From positions 80,974,001 to 81,038,000 of the forward strand of contig CM052816.1 in the NCBI GenBank assembly GCA_028534125.1: a stretch of 64,000 bases of DNA, read 5' to 3'. Made by a program: the position numbers and the translations under genes. Of the stretch, positions 51,060-63,394 are shown in pieces. Source of the stretch: Lama glama. Its lineage: Eukaryota. Each line of letters begins with the position of its first letter. Within the stretch, counting starts at the first letter, position 1. The notes below the pieces were generated by a model. The model was not told the origin of the DNA and did not search any database. It saw only the letters and a program-made list of their open reading frames with translations.

Positions 51060-51450
51060 TCTTCATAATCAACATCTCCACTGTGATGGTAAAGTACACC
51101 CACTAACCTTCTTGTGTGGTGCACTTTCCTTACTTTTAAAAATTGGTGGAGAGGTGAACAGATGCCCTGCTCTATCTCATATTCAGAGATTGCTGGTGAC
51201 CCCAGGAGAGAACACACCAAGACTTTCTTTTGGAAATGTCAACACTTTGCACATATCAGAACAGGATTTGCTCCTTATATCAAATCCAATATAAAAATAC
51301 CTCTTGGAAGGGAGATACTGCTCTTCTGGATGGATTGGAAACTTGATGGGAAAAGCTGTGACTGCAGCTGCCACACTGCTAGACCTGACACCGCCTGCCT
51401 TTTGAATCAGTGTGAATTGTGACCAAATTCAGTTGAAGTGACTGGGATTC
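51060..51450 (+). pseudogene. Putative very ancient L2/CR1-clade reverse-transcriptase fossil
   Basis: Frame-hopping translation gives, in order, IINIS..DGKVHP / LLLK / HISEQDLL-PY / TALL / TLLDLTPPAF, echoing the L2-type IINLSL..G..P / PLLK / HL..N.LL.P.QSGF / TETALL / LLDLS.AFD. Confidence 0.4.
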
Positions 51451-51699
51451 TTTGGTATTTCTTTTGTTTAAAAAAGAAAAAGTGTTCGCAATTTTACTTG
51501 AAGCAAAATTTCAACATGAATGTTCAGCCATATGAAATGTTTCAGAGTTTTCCAGTTTGACACCTATTTAAACTCATGGCAGCATTTTACATTTTCTTAT
51601 TTTAAATCTCCTACCATTAGCAGAGCAAAGGGTAAAAACGAGATTCCTATCAGTACATTTTGTCATATGTTGAAGGGGCCAGATATAAGTTTTCATAGG

Positions 51700-52061
51700 T
51701 GCTGTGGACTGAACTGTATCCCCTCAAAATTCATATGTTGAAGCCCTAAGCCCCCAGTGTAACCATATTTGAAGATAGGGCCTTTAAGGAGGTAATTAGG
51801 GTTAAATGAGGGCATAAGGACAGAGCCCTAACCCAATATGACTGGTGTCCTTAGAAGAAGAGAGACACCAGGGATACGTGCAAAGAGGAAAGTCCAGGTG
51901 CGGACACAGTAAGAACGTCCTGTCTGCAAACCAAAGAGGGGGGAGCCTCGGGAGAAACCAAACCTGCTGCCCCCTTGATCCTGGACTTCACGCTCCCAGA
52001 CCTGTAGGAAAATAAATGTCTGTTGTTTAGCCACCACGCCAGTGCTATTTTGTTATGGCAG
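51700..52061 (+). mobile_element. MLT1A-like MaLR solo LTR
   Basis: tgctgtggactgaactgtatcccctcaaaattcatatgttgaagcccta...gactggtgtccttagaagaagag...aataaatgtctgttgtttagccac...ttgttatggcag. Confidence 0.92.
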
Positions 52062-52729
52062 TTAAATGTCTTCACAGAGGAAGGTAAGAAAGTCAAGCCT
52101 TCAAGATTTTGACCAAATTTATCTTTTCTGGATTCTATGGATTTAATTTGATTGCTTTGGACAAAAATGATTTGGTCCTTTTGTAAAAATAATAATATCT
52201 GAGCATCAACAAGAGAACACAACTGTGTGTTCCCTACGAGTTCAAATCAAAATCACCTGATCAGTGGGATAATTCTTGATTCATTCAACATTATGCTGGG
52301 AATATGGTGGATTGTTGGGGATGATGCTTTCAACTAGAAACATCTAAAGAAAGAAATTTACTAACATGCTAACTGAGGTTGTATTATGTTGACTGCTCCA
52401 TGAGCTATAGCTTTCTCTTTCCTATTTGTTATTTCTCAAATTTTCTTCATTATGCTAGTGTGAAAAACTAAAAAATTGGCTTGAAAACATTGCATTTATG
52501 TGTGTGTCTGTGTCCTTACATACAGAATGCTTTCAAGACAATTACATGTTATTTGTCATGTTTTATATATTTTATATATTTGTATTATAGATAGAGATGG
52601 AAATAATATATTGTAATGTCATCTGTAGTTTACCTAGGGGGTCAGGAATATTTAATTGGAAAAGGATTGTAAGAGAAGAAATGATTGTGAAAGCAATGGC
52701 GTGACAAAGACATGGGGAAGAGGACAAGA

Positions 52730-53560
52730 TATGCTTGGACAAAGGTGCAGTTTGCTGTGCCATTGATGTGGTGAGGATACATGTATTACATCAAATAGGA
52801 CTAGGAAGACTAAATGGATAACTGAAAATCGTAAGTTCCACGTTAAGGAGGATGGACTTTATTTGGCAGTGGTGGAATGCCGTGGATGATAGCATAGGTG
52901 GTAGTGTGAAGGCTTAGAGCAGAGAGACCAGAGCTTGGGAGACAGGTTAGGAAGCTCTGAAACAGTCCTAGAGAGATGATATGGGTCTTGAGGAAAATAG
53001 CAAAGGGGATGGAGAAAAATAACATTGCATAAGTGGAATGGGTGGGACTTAGGGGTAGAAAAGTACAAAGTCATGATATTGCAAAGTTCTCAGTTTGGAA
53101 GGTCGTAAGAATGGTAGCTCTATAATCTAGTGTAGGAAACCCAAAAGGAGCAACAGTAAAGGTTTTGATTTTGAACAAATGATAAATTAATATTGATCTC
53201 TATGGAAATATCCAAATGCTATTTGGAAACACAGGGTTAGAACTTAGGAGAGAGCTAGAACCAAGAGAACGGTTCATCTTTCTAGGAGTAAGAGAGTAAA
53301 CAGACCACAGGACAGAACCAAGGAGGGGCCTTAGAGAAGGCCTGCAGATATGGGACTAAATGTAGAAGAAAACTAGTAGCCATAGGGAAAAAGAGCAGAA
53401 GAACTGCAGCCGAGTGGAAGAAGGTCCAAGCGAAGGTGATGGTAAAGAAGATGTAAGAAAAGCTTATTGTGTGCTTCCATGGCATGAACATACTCATTTC
53501 TTTGGCTTGAATGAATAAAACAGGTTTCAGTAACCAGGGGAAAAATCTTACTCCCAGAAT
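52730..53560 (-). mobile_element. Decayed L2 body
   Basis: Purine-rich antisense L2 motifs: gggagacaggttaggaagct...agtcctagagagatgat; ggaaatatccaaatgctatttggaaacacaggg. Confidence 0.55.
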
Positions 53561-53829
53561 CAACAATAGGATGGAGCCTTGCTGTCTAGGATAAGATGAG
53601 GTTGTTCTATTCACCCTAAGACCCTTCCTTCCTGCTTCTTGACCTGTAACTTGGCCTCCCTGTAGCTCTCTTATCTTCAGCTTATGGGGAGCATACTCCA
53701 GCTAAGAGAAAATCGCTTCTCTCTCCTCCAGGCATCTCCTCCTGTTTCTGTTTATCTCTCGTCAGCTGTGATACAGTCCCAGGTTGTGATTCCAGACAGC
53801 AGTGGGCTTGGACATTCTCTGTCCAAGAC

Positions 53830-54350
53830 CAGAGGTTATCCAAACAGCCAATGGATAAAGAGAAATACCTCTCAAACAATAATAATAAAAAGCATTAACA
53901 GCTAAAACTGAGACTTCCCTGGCCACCCAAGAACACAACTGTGTTAACTGCACTCACTTTAAATTCATGATCACTAACCTCATATGGGTAACCCTACCAC
54001 ACACCCCTTATTTATTCACTTTCCTATTCTCCTAAAATACTAGTTCACGTTTTTTCTCTTCCCTCAGATCTCCTACTCCCCCAGCACTTCTGTCATTCTC
54101 AGAGACGATATTTACAGAGACAACAGAAGCAGTCATCATCAGCTTTCCAACATCAAATCTATCAAATCATAAGGGCATTCGGTACCCAAACTCTGCATTT
54201 CTTCAGCTACACTGAATTTAGGATTATTGCTGTGTCAAAATCCAGCCCCTCCACCTGGATCCCATCCCCTCTCACCTCCTCAGTCACTACTTCTGTTGTT
54301 GCCCCCTCTCTACTGGAGCACTTCATATCGTATATCAGCACACACACATG
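53830..54350 (+). mobile_element. Decayed L2 ORF2 fragment
   Basis: cactttaaattcatgatcactaacctca; cccctccacctggatcccatcccctctcacctcctca. Confidence 0.55.
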
Positions 54351-54689
54351 CTCTGAGGTCTCCACCAGTGAGGATAAGAGTAGGATGTCTATTCTCTAAA
54401 TATTTAGGTTCCTCCAACAACCCTGTCTTTGACACGCCCCGCCCCCATTCTTCCTCAAGGCTATCTTGTTTCTGCAAAGCCATACTACTTTATTTGACAT
54501 AGTATGAATGAAACCGCAGTTGTGGATTTATGGCCTTGGCCAATTATTCTCTCACTTGCTTATGGACATAATGCATTTCCTAAGCCTCGGCCAGCCTTCT
54601 AGATAACACTTCCAGCAGATGGGGAAGGACGAATAATGCCAATTCTTAATTTGTTAACAATTTCAAGAATAGTAACTAAAACTGGGTCT

Positions 54690-55135
54690 ATTTTAAGATG
54701 AGTGAAGCTTGGGGAAGAATCAAAAAGATTGTTAAAAGGGTGAATAAATTATACCTGAAGCATAAGGTTAAAGTACTAGGCCTATTAATCCTGGAGATAA
54801 ATAAACTGAAAAACTGGCATAATTGTGGCCTTTTTTTAAAGTAGGAGAATTATTCAGAGGACAGTGAATTCTGATCATCAATTCCATTAATAATATTTTT
54901 CCAAAAGCAAAAATAGATTTTGATAAAAGCAAAAGTGATTTAGTTTATTTTTTCAGTTAGCTGTAATTAAAATACATTATGAAATAAGTTTTGGAATCTC
55001 CTTCTCCAGAGTAGATATTTACCTATAAAATACAATGGCCTCATTTAGGAAGGATTCAAGAATGGCTGTTCTTGAAGTCAGTAGAAAGTGGCAGATTGCC
55101 TCCACAAGACACCCTTACTTCTGTAATTCTGAAAT
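54690..55135 (+). mobile_element. L3/CR1 3' fragment
   Basis: aggttaaagtactaggcctattaatcctggag resembles the CR1 RLKELGLFSLE coding motif; ggaatctccttctccagag downstream. Confidence 0.45.
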
Positions 55136-55379
55136 GTTTTATGCTGTCATATCATAGTTATTTTTTCTTTAGTCAAATGAAAATTTGACTTGTTTCCTCA
55201 AGCTGTGATAAAGACTCTTAGAAACCTGGTAGCAGAAGTGAAGTCAAATTACTTCTGTTTTGAAAATCACACTCACACGAAATACCCAAATAATTCTAAC
55301 CCCAGGGCCTTCCTTATCTAGATGATAGCACCCCTACGTGATGCCTTATAGGTCTAGATAATGCCTTCAGTGGTGGAAA

Positions 55380-55690
55380 TGTTTCATCCTTTGAGGGTGA
55401 CTTTTTAAAATTGTAAACAAAAGTTATTTGGAGTGAAATCTGATAAGTAAAACAGCTTACTAAGTTGTGTTTCGCATTTCAGAGCCCACATCAAGGTGTA
55501 ACCTTAAAGTACTAACATGAGTTGTCTTATCCGGCTCCTAATTGTCCCTGAAGGCAGTTAAGCAATGGCCACTGTGCTGGAAAAGGGGACAAACCCTAAG
55601 GGAGCTATTTTAAAGGGAAGTATTATTGATCTGCGTAAGTTCTCTTTGTTTTAGGATGTTTTTAAAAGTCTAATTTCTCGTCAGGACTTT
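55380..55690 (+). mobile_element. Mariner-type relic (MARNA-like)
   Basis: agcaatggccactgtgctggaaaagg...aagggagctattttaaaggg resembles the mariner transposase C-terminus (QW..RW.KC....G.YFEG). Confidence 0.5.
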
Positions 55691-55779
55691 TACAAACTTT
55701 TTTGCACAAAAGTAGATCCAAACATTTTTTCTTGAGACTTTCTCTGGCATCTCTCACGATGGCTGCCAGCGTCTTGAAG

Positions 55780-56110
55780 TATCACAGATCCTCACTGAGG
55801 GTTGAGTGTTCTGTGAGCAGGAAGAGAAGGCAGGACTCTTCCGGCCTCAGCTTTGCCAAACAGCCCTCGGGTACAGTGTCTTTGCCCCAACTGCTCCTCA
55901 GTATGCTGTTCTGATGTCATCCTTGTCACCAGGTGAAATGTTCAAGCTGCATAGCTTAGGAAGTTGGAACAGTAGTCCAATTGGAGCATCTTTAAAAGCA
56001 CTGGTAAAGTTAAGTCTTCGTAGTGACAATGTCACTCTGGAAACCAGTTTATTCCGGAATATACTGGGATTTTCAAGAGATAGAAGTAGACATATTAATA
56101 CTGTTTTATG
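55780..56110 (-). pseudogene. Putative ancient CR1/L2-clade RT fossil
   Basis: ORF 55898-56116(-) contains LNFTSAFKDAPIGLLFQLPKLCSLNIS (compare LDFSKAFD.VPH..L..KL...GIS); PQ*GSV follows at 55800-55783. Confidence 0.35.
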
Positions 56111-56130
56111 AGACATTAAATTTTTCCTTG

Positions 56131-56375
56131 GTGTAATGAATACTGCCAGTGCTTGTCTACCACTTCTGTGTGACCCTTCTCTCTTGCTTCCAACATCTCA
56201 CACCAATGACCTTCTTGGAGGACCACTAGAGTGCCCCTGGGCCTCTGCCCACACAGGCAGGGAGCTGGACCCTAACCCTAACCCTAGCCTCCCCCAACCC
56301 CCGCTAGTGGCTGACTAGTGCAGGAATACTGAAGGCACAGCCTCCTTGCCTGAGAGTCAGGACAAGCCCTAAGAT
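56131..56375 (-). mobile_element. ERVL LTR16-like fragment
   Basis: gtggctgactagtgcaggaatactgaaggcacagcctccttgcctgagagtcaggaca. Confidence 0.5.
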
Positions 56376-57890
56376 AGAAACAAAAATGGGAGCCAAGGAA
56401 TTCTACTTTCTCTTTGTCACTCATCAACCCAATACTAGTGTCCTTAAATAGCTCATAAAAATATTAATACTTATCCCCTATAATCTGTTATATAAAGTCT
56501 TGCCCATACTAATTCATGTGAATGCATGTCTGTCAGTCAATAACTTATATTGAAACTTTCCTATAAACAGAATACTGCACTCATATTTAGATTCTATAAA
56601 AGATAGAGGAGCACCTGCCCTGAGGTGTAGATTGTTACCAGTATATTTTGTTTGTTCTCTCATTGATGAAAGGAGTTGCTCATTCCTATGAAGTTCGTTC
56701 AATTTTGTAACTATTAGAATATATATCTCTCAGGTCTGGATTTGGGGTGACAGCTAGAGACAAGAACATAGTTCATTCTAGGAACAAAACAGATCATAGG
56801 AGAGGGGTGAGGATGGGGTGCTAGGGAGACTTCTCAGTTAGGGGCTGGAGGTAGAAGATTAGCCATAGATTAAAACAGACGAGGCAGGCAAACCTACTAC
56901 CTAGGAGAGGGTAGTGTCACAGAAGGTGGAAAGCAGCGCTTTGAGAAAGATGCATCAAGAAAGCTTGTTTCTTCACGGACAAATGCAGCAGCATCCTGCC
57001 CCCCTCACGTTACTAGAGCTGTTCCAGACACTGTCCCCACTGCTGCTGCCTCTCCCAGGGGACTTCCACGTTCCTGGTTTTATCCTCGCACCCTACACTC
57101 TGTTTACACGACATTGTATCTGATAGTAGAAAACGTTATCATCACCTCTTCTAAAATGAGTTTGGCAGATGGTCTTCTCTTGTAAATGTTATCACAAGCC
57201 CTACTGAGTCACAGATATGTCAGGCTTCGGGAGGCTTTCCTTCCTCGGCTAGTTGCTTCTTGACATTTGCACACCAAGCAGCAGCACCCATTGTAGCAGC
57301 AGCAGCCAGAGATACACAAGTTAAAAAGAAAACAAAATGAACTTTCTTGTTCATTTGAAACAGAAAGAAGCAGATACTTGATATAAATTGTAAAATATAG
57401 CCAACATCTTGGTGATTTTCACTATTGATTTGCACCCAATGAACAGGAACATTTTCAAGTACAACTCTTTCTGGGATGCTGTATTCTGGTCCTGTTGTTG
57501 CCCTTAGAAGTGTTCCCATCAGCAAGTTGTACCAGATATCATTAGATCGAATTCTCCCTGGGGCTCAAAGATACTCTTCTTTTTCATCTTTTATTTTGAT
57601 CATAGATGTGCTTTCACAGTTTTTCCCCAATGATAAATTACATTCCGATTGAGTCGGAGCAACGTTTTAACATGCACACCAACATCAGGGTTGCGTTTTG
57701 CTACCAGTTATGCCTGGAGATGGAGGATTTTTAGAGATTAATTCAAAACATCTCAACACCACATGAACATGGGACAGGGAGGACTATGATGATGTGATGA
57801 CTGAAAAACAGTTTTCTGGGCTTTGAAGAATTCTTGCCCAAAAGATGAGAGCTATTAGCTATTTTCACTTCACAAGAAGGAACAAACGTA

Positions 57891-57931
57891 CATTGTGAAT
57901 CAACTATACTTCAGTTAAAAAAAATTTTTTT
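57891..57931 (+). mobile_element. Micro L1 insertion (3'-terminal ~40 nt only), inside a probable L3/CR1 fragment
   Basis: cattgtgaatcaactatacttcagttaaaaaaaa matches the L1 termini at 10938-10960 and 50060-50080; degenerate TSD aaggaacaaacgta versus aagaaacatacata. Confidence 0.7.
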
Positions 57932-58879
57932 AAGAAACATACATAAGCACAAGGGTTTAAATTAAAAGGAAGAAAGTCTTAATAGTAAAGGCTGATATAT
58001 GTTATACATTAGAAGTGGTTCCAAAAGCTGGGTGTAGAATCTTCTTCTAGGGATGTGTTAGAAACTTAGTAGATCTGGACAAGTCTGGGAGAGTTTGGGT
58101 AAAGAGAAGTTAGGTGATCTCCATGGTCTTTCTCAGATATGCAACTCAGGATAATATTGAATCATTACAGGCTTTGAGTTTTGGTCTTTATCCAAAATAA
58201 TTCAAGGAAAAACATTCAATGCAGTGTAGGCACTTCTTTTTCATGGTACTCAATGGCATGATATTTTCAGCTGGCATTCAAAATTAGGGGGAAGCAATTC
58301 TAGATTTTATAAAGACTAAAATAAAATGACTAAGAAATATTATCTGGAATATATATATTGAAATTTATTTCCAATGAGATCTAAAAGCTATATGGTATTG
58401 TCATCTCAATTAGACTCGTAACTTTAAAGAAACTCAATTTTCATATTCAGAAATAGTTCCTGAGCTTGTAATTCAGAATCCTGTACTAGGTGTTAAATAT
58501 ATAGTGATGAATGTAGTAAAGTCTCTGCCTTCATGAAGTGTACAGCCTTCTAGAAACAGAGACATTAAACAAGCAAACAAACATATAAATTACAAATTGC
58601 AAAATTCTAACAAGAAAATAAATGATGGGAAATAACAGAGAAACTTAGAGTAACCAGAAACAATCTCCAAATTAACTTTTGGGTTATTCAAAAGGAGCCA
58701 AAATGTTATTTTAATGTAATATATTAAGTGGAGCTATATGAAATTGCCATTATTTGGCCATATTTAAGTTACAAATTATACTTTTCACTATTATTTAATG
58801 GACTGTACTTCATGTTAGAATTTGTTCATTATTTTCCTTGGCCCTATATTTTTATTCTTTATCAAAAGATAGGCTTGCC

Positions 58880-59320
58880 CGATTGTGGCTGAGACTGCTA
58901 CATGTTAGTCAAATTCCAGATTTCCTTCACCTCAAAGACACACAGCTAGACTGCATTTCCTGACTTCCTTTGCAATTAGGTATGCCCATTACCCTCGCCC
59001 TGGCAACAGAATATGGGTAGAAGCAATATGCCATTTCCAGGCCAGGCTCATGAGCTCCTTCCACACAATCCTCCACACACTCTCTCATTCCACATCTGCC
59101 AGTGAGTGGAAAGGATTTTAAAGTCTTCGAGAAAGTTGAAGCCACCAAATGGAAAAAGATCAAACCTCGAATGACTATAATGGAAGGTGGCCAGACCAGA
59201 ACATCCATCTGAATTCTTTGGGTTAAGTAATAAACTTTAATTATATTAAGTCATGGGATTTTATTTTAGAGCTTTTTATTGTTGTTGTAGCAGCTAATAT
59301 CACTCACCCTAACTAATATG
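58880..59320 (+). mobile_element. MLT1 (I/J-like) solo LTR
   Basis: cacacagctagactgcatttcctgacttcctttgcaattagg...taataaactttaattatattaagtc...ttgttgtagcagctaatatcactcaccctaactaata. Confidence 0.75.
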
Positions 59321-59384
59321 CTGACATTGTTATTTTTTAAGCTCCTTTTATTGGTGTTCTGCAGATGTAGCCTGAGTTAGAAGG

Positions 59385-59920
59385 TGTATTTTTTTCCTAT
59401 GGATGCTGTAACAAATTACCTCAAACTAAACGGCTTAAAACATAAACTTCTTACTTATAATTCTGTAGGTCAGGAATCCAACCTGGGTCTCACTGAGCTA
59501 AAATCAAGGTGTCAGCACAGCTGTGTTTCTTTCCAGAGGGTCTAGGAGAGAATCTGTTTTCTTAACCTTTTGCAGCTTCTAAAGAACACCCACATTCCTT
59601 GGCTTATTGCCTCCTTCTGTCTTCAAAGCTAGTATGGCAGCTGAGTCCTTTCCACATCGCGTCATTTTGACACTGACACTTCTGCCTTCCTCGTCCACAT
59701 GTAAGGGCCTTTGTAATTACAGTGGGCTCACCTGGATGATCTAAAATTATCTTCCTATTTTAAGGTCAGCCTATTAGCAATCTTAAATCCGTCTGCAATT
59801 TTAATTCCCCCTTGCCACGCAACCCAACATATTCACTGGTTTCAGGGATTAGGATATAGACATCTTTGGTAGGGAGGGGTGGAGGAGGGTTGAGGGGAGG
59901 TGGCATTATTCTCCCTACCA
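59385..59920 (-). mobile_element. MLT1C/D-like solo LTR
   Basis: tgtatttttttcctatggatgctgtaacaaattacctcaaact...aaaatcaaggtgtcagca...cagggattaggatatagacatcttt...ccctaccac. Confidence 0.85.
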
Positions 59921-60989
59921 CTGAAGGGTACCTGAAACATGGCTTTTTAAGGTAGAATTTAGCCTTACACTATGGAGGAGCTTCTTTACCCAGATATTCA
60001 TTATATTCTGGTGTCTCTTAGGGAAAAAAAAATTAGTATGCCTCAAAAATACCAAAATCACACTTGCTATCAAATGTCTTTTAAAATAATTAAGAATATA
60101 TTTAGCTAATGTCACATAATCATTATTTAATTTGTGTGTTCTTTAGAGTTCCATATTTTCCAAGATAGAATTTGGCCACATTTGAACCACATTTCGGGAT
60201 AATCTTACCTAGGGAGAAAAATTCAGAAAAGTAATGCTGTAAACATCTTTATGTCAGGTAAAGGTTATTCAGAGGGTCTACCTTTGCATTTTGGATTCTT
60301 AATTAGAATTTGTAGCTCTGTGTTTGTGTTCATACACACAATCATACATGTGCACACATCCACATATGAGAAAAAACCTGCCACCAAAATAACAGAGGTT
60401 GGGGGAAAAAAGAAGAGACTTGAACTGAAGTTATAATGAGAAAAGACACTGCAAAAATAACATTGTGGCTTTTGTGGAATCCCATATTTATCCTCTCACA
60501 TGCTTCCAGAGCAAACAGTCCATTTATAAATGAAAGGAGGATTTTGCTGTCAACCTAGAAGCTCCAACAGAGATCTGGGGAGGAAAAGCCCCACCTTTAC
60601 TCTTTTAGTCTCTTACCTCATTGCCTGGAGCAAACACCACCACTCCCACTAGCACCTTAAAAATCAGTCTTGGTCTCGGAAAACGTGGACGTTGGCATCT
60701 ATGCTCACTTTTGCAGTACAGAAAAGAAAAGCATTTAGTATTTCAATCTACTCAAAAGAGATTATTTCAACGTGGTCATTTTTCCAACCTCAATAATTGT
60801 ATCTGAAATGAGATTCAACTTGAATCAAATATTATATTTTCATGTACCCTCGTCTTAGAATGGAGTACAGAGATTCTGCCTGTGCTGCTCAGAATTGACC
60901 TGGGTACTATGGGAGAGGTAAAAAGGAGAAGTGGGTAGTTAGGAAGGAGATATGCCTCCTCCCCTCAACCACCAATCTCCTACGGGGTC

Positions 60990-61235
60990 AAGAGTATGAT
61001 GGAAAGAGCAAGAGGCTAATAATTAGGGACAAGTGGATTTAAATCCTAACTTCACCATACTTAGTGTCTGACCACAAACAAATACCCCAAACCCTCTGGT
61101 CCTGAACTTCTTCATCTTTAAAAGGGTAATAATCATTTCTACCTTCAAAGAAAGCTTTTATGATAATTAAATGAGAATATGTTTCTGAGAGATCCTAACA
61201 CAGCACCTGGCCCATGGTAGGTACTTAGAAACATT
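60990..61235 (+). mobile_element. MIR SINE
   Basis: ttcttcatctttaaaagggtaataat...aattaaatgagaatat...aacacagcacctggcccatggtaggtactt. Confidence 0.7.
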
Positions 61236-61254
61236 TAAGAACATTTTTACAGCT

Positions 61255-61776
61255 CTGCAAACAGTCCTGAGCCCACCCAGCCCCCCGATCTATTCCTCAC
61301 CCTTCCCCTGCTCTACTCCTCTGTATTGCAGAAGAGGTAACCCCTGCAGGCTGTCTTCTCTGGCTTCCACATCACTGGCTTGGTGGACCCATGGAAAGCA
61401 CTATGAAAGTTAGATGACTTTCATAGGGGTAAAGGGAGAATCTGAGGGTTACTATCACCTCCCCGGCCCCTGCCTTGGGTCATTTCTCTGGCAGCAACTG
61501 CATTTCCTTTATGGTTTCACCTTCTAGCAGATAAGCCCACCATGATTCGAGCTCTGGTCAGGTGATCTCAGCCCTTTAGGCATGGTTAATACTACCTCCT
61601 TCCAGACAAGGGATGATTATGGCTAACCTTTGGGTCAGCTCATGGATGATGGCTGTGTGACTGGGTTTGGCTCTCCACTTCTTCATCTCTTATGTAACTG
61701 CTCCCATGCATTAGGCTCCTTGTTGTAGATATTTGAAGTAATTTCTGTTTTTTCTGGTAAGACCTTGAGTGATACA
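61255..61776. mobile_element. ERVL LTR33-like LTR
   Basis: cccttcccctgctctactcctctgt...acccctgcaggctg...tttctgttttttctggtaagaccttgagtgataca. Confidence 0.55.
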
Positions 61777-62184
61777 GTTCTTTTCCTCTTTTCTGAGCAG
61801 TGTCAGTTGAGGGAGCAATGCTAAAGTCAGAAACTTAGCCTCCCTTGGATTTATCTTATCCCAGCAAACTCTTAGACCTTTCAACCCCTGTTTTGACTTA
61901 CCTATTACCTGCTCCCTTTATGGAATAATTATGATCATGATCTATAGAGAGAAGTACCAGAAATCACCTACCACTATCTAAGTGGATAGTTTGGAAGGTA
62001 CCATCAAATGGAAGAGTTAGTCAGTTTAGCTGTTTGTCATCCTAGAGAGATCAGAGAGCAAGGCTTTCCAACAGATGTAATAACTAGTAGACAACAGGCT
62101 GGAGATGTGTGATGTACAGAGGAGCTGGGAGCTGTACTGGGAGCTCTAGGTACCTGGTGAAAGACCCTTGAGGGGGCTTCTACT

Positions 62185-62475
62185 CACTTCACTCGGGTGT
62201 CCGCTCAGATGACACCTCAGAAGCCTTCCCTGATCATCTAATCTAGGCTAGTGCCATCACCATCACCACTACTTTCTTTCCCTTTACATCAAAGAGCATA
62301 TGAATACTGGATTTCACATTATACATTTGTTCATTTATCATCTACTGTATGTGCTAGTAAGGAAGCCTCAGGAGGTCAAGGGCTTCATTACATTAGTCAC
62401 TACATGTCAAGAACCTAGCATGTATCCGACGCATAGTAGGCCCTTGGGAAATACATGTTCAGTGAATGAAAGAAT
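62185..62475 (+). mobile_element. L2 3' end
   Basis: gctcagatgacacctcagaagccttccctgatcatct...gcatagtaggccctt...gttcagtgaatgaaagaatg. Confidence 0.7.
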
Positions 62476-63394
62476 GTGAGGACACTGGGTGTCTTGTGTC
62501 TGGACCTACCTTCTACCCCACTACATACGCCCTACCTCAGCCAAGAGTGTTCATTACCTGCTTCTACCTATAAATTCCAAGTTAACCACTAGCAGGCCCT
62601 CTTCGTGTCCTAACAGAAAGCTTGTAATGGCTTCTGAGTCTCGAGCAATGGTCTTACCACTTTCAAGAGCCTCTTGATGCTGTTTGTTTATCCCAGTTCA
62701 CCTTGTTTTGCTTCTTTGGTTCTTATTGGATTTTTTGCTTCCTAAGTATCTCCCTGGATATTTTCACCTATCCCTTTCCCATCTGTTTGTCTGGATACCT
62801 AGATAGCCTCTGACTCAGGTTTTAAACTGGCCATGAACTCACATGTTTTTCTTGACTGCTTACTGTTGACCTGCTACCAACACCCAACTTAGACTCTCAG
62901 TTCCTGGTTTTCCTTTCTTACATATATCCATGTTCCATGCATCCCAGCACTGGCATGCTAAAATAATGGGAGGAAAAGGAAGATACAGAGCGGGAAAAAT
63001 AAGAGATACTGAAAATAAAACACCTTTTGCTTTATCATTTTGTCTAGGGTTGGACTTTACCAAGAGGACCTTGAGTTCTGACTTGTTTGAGCTGATGACA
63101 TAACACATAACTTTAAGGAAGGTTATTTGACCTTGTGATCTAACCTGCCCCAGTGTAACCTGGTATGAAGCAGAAAGCTTGGTGCTAATGCTGAGCTGCA
63201 CATCCAAACAGAGCCTCTAATTCTGGACTGATAAATTATAAGTAAATTAGCCTTGCTAATCCCTAACTGTTGCAGGCTTTGGTGATATATTCATGTTGTT
63301 GAAGTAACACTTTTAAATTCTTTACCCAACAGTATTTTGGGCTTGGAAACAGCTTAATTAGTCACCCTAGTTAATGGAGCTAATGTACCCCCTT

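Noticed and set aside
50993..51220. Protein-like minus-strand ORF (…HHTRRLVGVLYHHSGDVDYEDY…) as a host exon
   Set aside because: No protein recognised, and the frame is bounded by stops without clear splice sites; the opposite strand gives a better, RT-like explanation.
56270..56287. ccctaaccctaaccctag, telomere-like hexamers
   Set aside because: Fewer than three perfect units, inside an LTR fragment; too short to call an interstitial telomere.
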